Origin: Candidatus Yanofskybacteria bacterium RIFCSPHIGHO2_01_FULL_44_24
GTDB taxonomy: Bacteria; Patescibacteriota; Minisyncoccia; 2-02-FULL-40-12; GWA2-44-9
Length of the DNA: 64,000 bases
Direction of reading: 5' to 3'
Assembly: GCA_001794215.1 (NCBI GenBank)
Contig: MGJK01000015.1
Coordinates: 23,684 to 87,683, forward strand
The notes below the pieces were generated by a model. The model had not been told where the DNA came from. It searched no databases and saw nothing but the letters and a program-made list of their open reading frames with translations. Shown here in pieces: positions 57,789 to 64,000 of the stretch. Both the position numbers and the translations under genes were made by a program. Numbering within the stretch: the first letter of the stretch is position 1; every line of letters begins with the position of its first letter.

Positions 57789-58010
57789 TGTTGCCTCCTT
57801 TTTATTAATGTAGCCCAGATAAGCAAAACCGGCCTATCTGGCCGGGGCGTTCTTAGAGTCTCAAAGATATTAGTCGTAACTAATGAAAACCAAAACCGCC
57901 ATGGCCAAAGAAGCCTGAAAAGAGCTCCTTTTTATAGCCATAGCTGTCACTGATTAAATTGTGATCTGGATTTAACATATTTTTATTAATGACGGATAAG
58001 AAAGCCGAGT

Positions 58011-58166
58011 CTATTCAAGCTCGGCCTTAACTTCCTGCCGTATTTTATCCTTCTCGGCGGTTCTTCGGTATTTTCCGCCTTTATCGGCAACATGGAATCC
58101 GCCCGTTTGACGGGGCAAAGGAATCCGTATTTTCTGATAGGCTTTCTTGACTCGTTTCTTCTTCAT
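58011..58166 (-). CDS. Small basic protein (51 aa, not in ORF track)
   Basis: MKKKRVKKAYQKIRIPLPRQTGGFHVADKGGKYRRTAEKDKIRQEVKAELE*; stop lies within a terminator-like hairpin. Confidence 0.55.
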   Translation of the reverse strand: MKKKRVKKAYQKIRIPLPRQTGGFHVADKGGKYRRTAEKDKIRQEVKAELE

Positions 58167-58238
58167 GATTTTCTCCATTTCATTATATCATTTTTAAGGA
58201 GGGTAGTCCGACAAGTCGGACTACCCCATGTTTGAGGC

Positions 58239-58793
58239 CTACCCCTTTGCAAGCCCCATTTCTCTCACGATTTCCGGAAGCGGAATATCCGTCTCCTTGT
58301 GGAGCTGGACAGCCGCCATAAGATCCTTGAGAGAGATCGGCATCAAGGTGTTAATCACTACCGGATCGGTAATGCCTAAACCTAAGAGCAGAGCGGCGGA
58401 TGTCGATGGCCCGCCTATCAAGAACGGAGCCATCAGAGAGATGTAAAGCGGCGACCCGCCGACATCACTGGGAAGCGTGCCGAGAAAATCGGCCACCCTT
58501 TCGATGATTGCACCGCGACTCGTCTCATCGCCCATGATTACGGCATGGCACGCCGCTACCCTGACGATCAGTTCCATCTCTTCCCTTGAACCCTCGAAGA
58601 TTGTGGCATCCTTGCAGCCGAGAACTACCGTCTCGACAACAACCTTGGTTTCAGAGAGATCAGTTACGCTACCTCCGTAGCCAAGTTCGTAAACCACCAT
58701 GCTCTCAAGAGCCGCCATGAGCGGCCGCCGACAACCGCCGATGTCTCTCTTCATTCCTTGACCGTTGTCTCGCAAATTAGTTTGCCGGATCAA
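58239..58793 (-). CDS. Orphan protein (array ORF 7)
   Basis: AGGAGGTG RBS with TTG start; followed by hairpin GGGTAGTCCGAC/GTCGGACTACCC. Confidence 0.65.
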   Translation of the reverse strand: MIRQTNLRDNGQGMKRDIGGCRRPLMAALESMVVYELGYGGSVTDLSETKVVVETVVLGCKDATIFEGSREEMELIVRVAACHAVIMGDETSRGAIIERVADFLGTLPSDVGGSPLYISLMAPFLIGGPSTSAALLLGLGITDPVVINTLMPISLKDLMAAVQLHKETDIPLPEIVREMGLAKG

Positions 58794-58896
58794 CTTACTC
58801 ACCTCCTTTTTAAAGTTCCCTCTTTTAATGACCCGGGATCTGTCATCTACCGATTGAAAGCTCGGCAGAAAGCATGTTGTAGAACCCGCTCCGGAA

Positions 58897-59076
58897 TTAC
58901 TGGAGCGGACCCCAATCGACCTCGACGCCAAGCTCCTTGGCGGCAAGCTCAGTGAGTTCGCGCTTCTCCGCCTCGGAAAGCTGTTTGAGCTCCTCCGAGA
59001 AGTCTTTGAGCGCCTGCCCCGGCTTGTAGCCGAAGTAGTCGCGCAGAATTTTCATTGCTCCCGTTTTCTGGGCCAT
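58897..59076 (-). CDS. Small helical orphan protein (array ORF 6)
   Basis: AGGAGG RBS; MAQKTGAMKILRDYFG..., 59 aa. Confidence 0.7.
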   Translation of the reverse strand: MAQKTGAMKILRDYFGYKPGQALKDFSEELKQLSEAEKRELTELAAKELGVEVDWGPLQ

Positions 59077-59260
59077 AGCGGCCTCCTGTTTCTGTTTTAA
59101 AAAGACAGTACTTTCCCGCCGATCAAAGGCCCGTCGGGTTGCCTGTTGTTTCAAAGAACAGGAGAGAAGCCTTAAAGTCCGGCTGTACAGTGGCCTTCAT
59201 CGTCACATACGGACGCCTCGCCTCATCGTACGTATTGCGCCGGTTTGCTTGTTTACTCCT

Positions 59261-59351
59261 CTCCCGCCAAAACCATCAGCTACCCTTCATGATATATCAT
59301 AAAGGGTATTGAAAACTTTGGTGGGAGTCCCGACCGACGCAAGGCCGGGAC
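59261..59351 (-). repeat. Element A copy 5 (small hairpin plus CTCCCACCAAAG long hairpin)
   Basis: ctcccgccaaa...tttggtgggag abutting gtcccg...cgggac. Confidence 0.85.
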
Positions 59352-59354
59352 GTA

Positions 59355-59407
59355 CAGATTCTGTTGCCAGGCTCTGTAAGGCCCCGTCAGCCCAAAGCTG
59401 ACAGATT
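59355..59407 (-). repeat. Element B copy
   Basis: 52/53 identical to 60801-60853. Confidence 0.9.
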
Positions 59408-59423
59408 AACCGGGTCACAACGA

Positions 59424-59816
59424 TTAGAAGTGTCCGAGGTAGCCGTAGAAGTTGGCTACTTCGGCAAAGTACTCGTCAATACCGGGGATGCCATCCTCTT
59501 CAAGAGGCCGGCCTTCGGTATCAACGGTGCAACTCTCACCGACAGAATAACGGAAACGTTTTCCGGTTCCGTCGGTGCCGACGTAAAATTCGTGAGACGC
59601 GTTATGACCGACGCGCCAGAACTTAACGCCGTTGACGACGTGAGGCTTGTCAATCCACGGAGTATGCGGATTGTTGCCTTTGCCCCAATTGTACATGAGA
59701 TTCAACAGAAGAATCTCCTCCACAACAGGGTCGCCGTTAGAGTTTTCTGAAGCAACTTTTCTGAGTCGCTCCATAGCTCTTTCTTCTCGCTGTTCTTCCC
59801 GCTCTTCTTTTGTCAT
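59424..59816 (-). CDS. Orphan protein (array ORF 5)
   Basis: MTKEEREEQ..., 130 aa; starts just after element A copy 4. Confidence 0.65.
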   Translation of the reverse strand: MTKEEREEQREERAMERLRKVASENSNGDPVVEEILLLNLMYNWGKGNNPHTPWIDKPHVVNGVKFWRVGHNASHEFYVGTDGTGKRFRYSVGESCTVDTEGRPLEEDGIPGIDEYFAEVANFYGYLGHF

Positions 59817-59830
59817 AGGACTGGGGATTT

Positions 59831-59895
59831 CTCCCACCGAAGCCTCATAGACGCAGAAGTATGAGACTTCGGTGGGAGGCCGACATAAGTCGGCC
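59831..59895 (-). repeat. Element A copy 4
   Basis: 59824-59883 is 59/60 identical to 60438-60497. Confidence 0.9.
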
Positions 59896-59985
59896 GGATT
59901 TTTACACTCAGGACGAGTAACCTGTTTTAGCAGAACAGGAACCGCAATCGGCGGGATGGATGTGAGTTGGAAGGACTCACGCTCC

Positions 59986-60014
59986 TTCTGTTGCCAGGCC
60001 GTCGCTCGGCCCCG
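59986..60014 (-). repeat. Element B partial/divergent copy
   Basis: CGGGGCC-GAGCGAC-GGCCTGGCAACAGAA. Confidence 0.7.
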
Positions 60015-60028
60015 CGTCGCAAGATAGA

Positions 60029-60340
60029 TCAGCCGGCAAGGCTGATCCGAAGACCCAGTAAGTCGCTCAAACGAGAAATTGCCTCGTCCGGCTTCCAACC
60101 GCAGTCCTCGAACACCAGGAAGCACGCCTCACGCAAATTGCGGGAAGTCCAGCGATATTTCACGCTGTTTCCAACAAGTTGCATGCGGCGGTCAGCCAGG
60201 GCTATCCTGCTTCTGCACGAATCACAGAACGGATTGCAAAGTCCGGCGACCTCGAACTTGACGGTTTTACCGTCAATGAGAATCCGCCGACCAGTCATCC
60301 ATCCTGCGACATGCACATACAGGCAAGTCTGCTCCATCAT
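60029..60340 (-). CDS. Cys-containing orphan protein (array ORF 4)
   Basis: GAGGAGGTG RBS; CNPFCDSC; 103 aa. Confidence 0.7.
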   Translation of the reverse strand: MMEQTCLYVHVAGWMTGRRILIDGKTVKFEVAGLCNPFCDSCRSRIALADRRMQLVGNSVKYRWTSRNLREACFLVFEDCGWKPDEAISRLSDLLGLRISLAG

Positions 60341-60444
60341 TTCACCTCCTCGATTCTGAAATTCCCCAGAATAACCAACCAGATGTGCCTTCGCACAAAA
60401 TGGCCAGTAAATTAAGGGTACATTTTTTTGAAAGAATGGGATTT

Positions 60445-60512
60445 CTCCCACCGAAGCCTCATAGACGCAGAACTATGAGACTTCGGTGGGAGGCCGAGTC
60501 AGAGACTCAGCC
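60445..60512 (-). repeat. Element A copy 3
   Basis: ctcccaccgaag...cttcggtgggag plus ggccgagtc/gactcagcc. Confidence 0.9.
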
Positions 60513-60592
60513 GGTTGATTTGTTTACGCCGAAAACCATTCAGCGGATGCATTATCTGTTCCCGGGACTGCGATCACACCCCGGTGCAACCT

Positions 60593-60775
60593 TTATTTTG
60601 CACAGATAGGCAAAGTAGGGATACGAACGACCAATTCGCCATCAACCACGAAGCTGAAGAGTTCGCCGTTAATATTGACAGACCATTCATTTCCCAAAGA
60701 GCAGACACTGACTTCTACTCCGATTGCTGCCTTAAGAATCTCTTCGATAAGACTCTCTAATATATTTTTCTCCAT
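60593..60775 (-). CDS. Small orphan protein (array ORF 3)
   Basis: GAGGAG RBS after a boxA-like GTTCTTTGA; 60 aa. Confidence 0.6.
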   Translation of the reverse strand: MEKNILESLIEEILKAAIGVEVSVCSLGNEWSVNINGELFSFVVDGELVVRIPTLPICAK

Positions 60776-60800
60776 CTCTCCTCAAAGAACTCGGGACATG

Positions 60801-60853
60801 CAGATTCTGTTGCCAGGCTCTGTAGGGCCCCGTCAGCCCAAAGCTGACAGATT
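60801..60853 (-). repeat. Element B copy
   Basis: AATCTGTCAGCTTTGGGCTGACGGGGCCCTACAGAGCCTGGCAACAGAATCTG. Confidence 0.9.
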
Positions 60854-60864
60854 GGGTCCAACTC

Positions 60865-61149
60865 CTATTTGAAGAAGTTGGCGAACCATCGCGGCTCGAG
60901 GATCACTACACCCTTTTCGGACATCGCCTCTTTCATGGCGAGAATTTCGTCCTTGAAGGCGCGCTTCACCTCATCGGCGTTCATTGATTCGACTTTGCGG
61001 TAGAATCCCTGAACGGCCACCGAGATGTTCAACGACTCCTGGGGTGTAACTCCAGGAGCGACCCATGAAAAGAGCGGTTTGCTCTTCATGAGAAGGTTGG
61101 GAGATGGTTCTACGCGAGCCACAGGGTTCCATGACACGTCCTGATACAT
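60865..61149 (-). CDS. Orphan protein (array ORF 2)
   Basis: MYQDVSWNP..., 94 aa; starts after element A copy 2. Confidence 0.6.
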   Translation of the reverse strand: MYQDVSWNPVARVEPSPNLLMKSKPLFSWVAPGVTPQESLNISVAVQGFYRKVESMNADEVKRAFKDEILAMKEAMSEKGVVILEPRWFANFFK

Positions 61150-61172
61150 AGATTTTGCGCTACTTCTCCGCT

Positions 61173-61230
61173 CTCCCACCAAAATCTCTTTAAAGAAACT
61201 TTGGTGGGAGGCCGAGTTTTACACTCGGCC
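61173..61230 (-). repeat. Element A copy 2
   Basis: ctcccaccaaa...tttggtgggag plus ggccgagt/actcggcc. Confidence 0.85.
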
Positions 61231-61373
61231 GTAGAGGTGGAAGTGAAAGACAGGGTCATAGCGAACAGCGAGCAACCGTCCGCTTCAGGCTTGTAACCCC
61301 TTCTGTCTTGCTCAAGGACAGCAGACTCACTACTCCGTCATGATCGACGGCGAGTCTGTTTTGCCGCCCTTCA

Positions 61374-61463
61374 CCCCCACCAAAACCTTGTATTCGCATG
61401 TGCGTATTTGTAACGCTATTCGCATACAAAACTTTGGTGGGGGTCCCGGCATAAGGCCGGGAC
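61374..61463 (-). repeat. Element A copy 1
   Basis: cccccaccaaa...tttggtggggg plus gtcccggc/gccgggac. Confidence 0.85.
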
Positions 61464-61471
61464 TGGATGCG

Positions 61472-61813
61472 CTATAAGTAGCGCTTGAAGGCTTGGCGGG
61501 CGGCCTGCTGGCGCTGGACCCGACGCTGCTCCATCTCAACTACCGTCTGCTGGTAGCGATAGAAGCGGAGTCCGGCTTTGCGGCCGAGGGTCGCACAACG
61601 ACCACAGTGGATGTGGTCGGCCAGATCCTTGACCGAGGGCCAACGCCCGACGACCTTGCGGATGGTCGACAGGGCCGGCACCCAGGCCTCGGACTGAGCC
61701 ATCTTCGTCTGACACGGCTTGCCGGGTTTCGGCTCGCCATGACATCCGAAGGGCTTGTCCTGAGCCTTGTCGAGGGACTTCTCCGCCGCCGCTGTCACAA
61801 TCTGATCATTCAT
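61472..61813 (-). CDS. Putative zinc-binding orphan protein (array ORF 1)
   Basis: GGAGG RBS; CHGEPKPGKPC...HIHCGRC; 113 aa. Confidence 0.7.
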   Translation of the reverse strand: MNDQIVTAAAEKSLDKAQDKPFGCHGEPKPGKPCQTKMAQSEAWVPALSTIRKVVGRWPSVKDLADHIHCGRCATLGRKAGLRFYRYQQTVVEMEQRRVQRQQAARQAFKRYL

Positions 61814-62090
61814 ACACACCTCCAAAAATGAAAGAACTGCTGACCGAAAAACAATAATCAATGGAGCTCAAGGTATAAGCTTGTTGCCCCTTTCTGAAAC
61901 AATATGTGAAACATGCCTATTCGCACATATTGCCTCAGAAAGAGGCCGGAGCTTTGATTGTGGGGGCCGCGTTAATTATCTAGACGGCTGATACCACTAT
62001 ATGCTCAAAGCTCCACCGAGCTGAGCTCGGTCAATCCTCTAACTTTGTCTGGCCGGCAACTTTCGATGCCGATTTAACTTAACTGCCAGT

Positions 62091-62118
62091 ATTATACTCA
62101 AATGAAATAATTTGTCAA
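62091..62118 (-). promoter_or_regulatory. Sigma70 promoter of the small-ORF array
   Basis: TTGACA-16-TATAAT. Confidence 0.75.
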
Positions 62119-62267
62119 GCCCCTCGGACAAAAAATAAAAAAATGTTCAAAGTAACGGCTTAAAGCCTTGCTTTTTTGAACATGGCAGGTGTCATGATAA
62201 CCAATAAAATAACCGTGATTGTTTTTTTACAAGAAAAAATAAACGCGATCATTTTTGTCACCCTTTC

Positions 62268-62296
62268 TTGACAAAAATTACGGTAAGGCGTATAAT
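62268..62296 (+). promoter_or_regulatory. Divergent sigma70 promoter
   Basis: TTGACA-17-TATAAT. Confidence 0.75.
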
Positions 62297-62301
62297 AGAC
62301 A

Positions 62302-62550
62302 TGTAGCCTGAGGGCAGGCTACCCTCGACAAGAGGAACCAGCGGGAGAAACGCAGGCCTGTTCCCCGTCGACAGGAGATCGGATCTCAAGCGCGAAAAAG
62401 GGATAGGCCAAATGCCTCCTGCCAAAGGAGGTCCAACGTGGGCTCGAGATGAATTCAATTTTAAGAGCTCAAGAGAACTTTAGAAATTAGTGGTGAAGCG
62501 AGTCATGGGTTTCGGCCGTCCACCCTTTCAGGGGGATGGCCTTTTTGTTT
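62302..62550 (+). ncRNA. Candidate structured ncRNA (~245 nt)
   Basis: Promoter; hairpins such as GTAGCCTG/CAGGCTAC; terminator GGCCGTCC/GGATGGCC plus T-run; no credible + strand ORF within it. Confidence 0.5.
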
Positions 62551-62562
62551 CCCAAGAGAGAA

Positions 62563-63321
62563 TTATATCTTGCCGGAGATATTCCAAATCAAGTTGAGCA
62601 GGTTCCGGAAAGAATTTGCGATTTCTTGGTGCCTGATCATGGCACCGGAAATCTTTCCCTTCAAAGCCGCGATAGCGACAATATCATCATAGACGGTTAT
62701 GTCTACATTAAAAGGCATTTTATCCGGGGAAATATATCGAGCTTCCCGCAACATAGCGGGATCGCTTTCTTTAAATACCGGCCCCTTTGAAGATGTGTAT
62801 ATGGAGCGCGAATGAATACCCTTTTTAACCCTTTTGTCAGAATACGATTCCGAGTCTGGAGAATCAGGAAAAAGCTTAATCACATCATCAAGAGAAGTAA
62901 TACCTATGATTTTCTTTTCTTTGGCCTTTAGAAATTCCCGCTCCATCCTCATCAACCCCTCTTTTCCCTCGAAAAATCTTACTTCAGGCTTTTGATCGCC
63001 CAAACTGAAAACCGTCATAAGCTCGGGCATCAGTTTATTAAGGGTTTCTTTCTTGCCTTCCCAATCTCTCCTTTCCCGTTCAATAACAGACTCTAAGTAT
63101 TCAGGCGACTCAGCTACGAATAGCTGTTTCTTGCCTTTATTTTGAGTGCTTACTAAGCCGAGTTTTTTCAGAGATTCAACCTGGACATAAGCAGTAGGCC
63201 GGTTAATCCCGGCTTTGGCCGATATTTCAAGCATTGTGGCCGGACCAAGCTCAAGCATGGCCAAATACACCTTAGCTTCGTTGTCTGACAAACCGAGATT
63301 TTTTAGCTGGTTAACAAGCAT
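62563..63321 (-). CDS. TrmB family transcriptional regulator
   Basis: LGLSDNEAKVYLAMLELG HTH; PEVRFFEGKEG. Confidence 0.88.
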   Translation of the reverse strand: MLVNQLKNLGLSDNEAKVYLAMLELGPATMLEISAKAGINRPTAYVQVESLKKLGLVSTQNKGKKQLFVAESPEYLESVIERERRDWEGKKETLNKLMPELMTVFSLGDQKPEVRFFEGKEGLMRMEREFLKAKEKKIIGITSLDDVIKLFPDSPDSESYSDKRVKKGIHSRSIYTSSKGPVFKESDPAMLREARYISPDKMPFNVDITVYDDIVAIAALKGKISGAMIRHQEIANSFRNLLNLIWNISGKI

Positions 63322-63401
63322 AGAATTTTATGGTATAATTATACTATAAATTATTGAATATGGCAAGCATAGCAGCTCGGGCCGGGCCTCCCCGAATAGC
63401 C

Positions 63402-63977
63402 CTACCCAAAGAGACGTTTTTTGACCTCAGCCCAAGAAGTAACCTTGGTATAGTGGGGCTGGTGGCTAAAAATATTAAACTGATCAAATAGGAAGCGGCA
63501 CTTAACGCTGTTAAGTTTGCTGATGACTCCTACCTCGTCGTCAATATAATGAGTTACCCCCAACTGAGCCGCCTTAACATCTTTATCTTCTGGTTCAAGG
63601 ACAAAAAAAGCGTTATCTTCATCGAAAAAGTACGGCCAAAGACCGTGTTTTTTTAGTATCCCCTGGGCGATGTGGGGAATCCGCCGGCGGGATATCAGGA
63701 AATAAGGGAAACCGGATTTCTTCACCGCAGTCAGAACGCCCCGAGCTCCCCTCATAAGAGGCGTGGTCAATGCCGTTTCAATGTTGTCGTAAAGATTTCG
63801 CTGCAATTCCCTCAGAACGAGTAAGGGAAGATGCTTAGATATAATTTCGGAGGGAGTTTGTTCCGGTAATAACTTAAAACCAAGCGCCTTGGCCAATCTT
63901 ATTTTAGGCTGAGTATTGTTAACAATGACTCCGTCCATATCAAATCCGATTATTATTTTCTCTTTTTGATCGTTCAT
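63402..63977 (-). CDS. HAD-superfamily nucleotidase-like protein
   Basis: GFDMDGV and YIDD. Confidence 0.75.
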   Translation of the reverse strand: MNDQKEKIIIGFDMDGVIVNNTQPKIRLAKALGFKLLPEQTPSEIISKHLPLLVLRELQRNLYDNIETALTTPLMRGARGVLTAVKKSGFPYFLISRRRIPHIAQGILKKHGLWPYFFDEDNAFFVLEPEDKDVKAAQLGVTHYIDDEVGVISKLNSVKCRFLFDQFNIFSHQPHYTKVTSWAEVKKRLFG

Positions 63978-64000
63978 CTTGGGGTATTGGTTATTTTTCA

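Noticed and set aside
59355-59407. SAM-I riboswitch or HDV-like ribozyme suggested by GGCC..GCCTGGCAACA
   Set aside because: It lacks the SAM-I ATC/GAT P1 and kink-turn and the HDV P3/L3 nested pseudoknot
59424-60125. 233-aa ORF as listed, and similarly extended starts at 58946, 60451, 61182 and 61861
   Set aside because: The extensions run through repeats or structured spacers; RBS and element positions support the shorter starts
61285-61305. Twister ribozyme suggested by GGTTACAAGCC on the minus strand
   Set aside because: The P4 stem and downstream GAGTAA pseudoknot partner are absent; the bases pair in an ordinary stem instead
58239-61813. Prophage or classical integron
   Set aside because: No structural, terminase or integrase genes, and the repeats lack attC core sites

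Overview
This 64 kb window looks like a Patescibacteria/CPR (Parcubacteria-like) chromosome segment; that assignment is inferred from gene content such as the CPR-type VirD4-like ATPase, PaaX-like and TrmB-like regulators, and compact housekeeping genes. It carries tRNA-Gln, obgE, typA, dnaX, murB, ftsQ, serS, lysS, greA, mrdA-mreD-mreC-mreB, proS, rseP, frr, holB and murG. Accessory content includes an aminotransferase/dehydrogenase divergon, a triheme c7-type cytochrome, TreS-like and Kup genes and a copper-resistance operon. The most unusual locus is 58.2-62.5 kb: one promoter appears to drive seven small orphan ORFs separated by a modular family of conserved hairpins (5 copies of element A, 3 of element B, plus boxA-like motifs). 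G-U wobble pairs show these hairpins fold on the transcribed strand. A divergent promoter there drives a candidate ~245-nt RNA. Two further promoter- and terminator-bounded, ORF-less, GC-rich structured units (~820 nt at 34 kb, ~540 nt at 53 kb) share architecture with each other and are candidate large ncRNAs. All product calls come from motif recognition by eye; no database searches were run.
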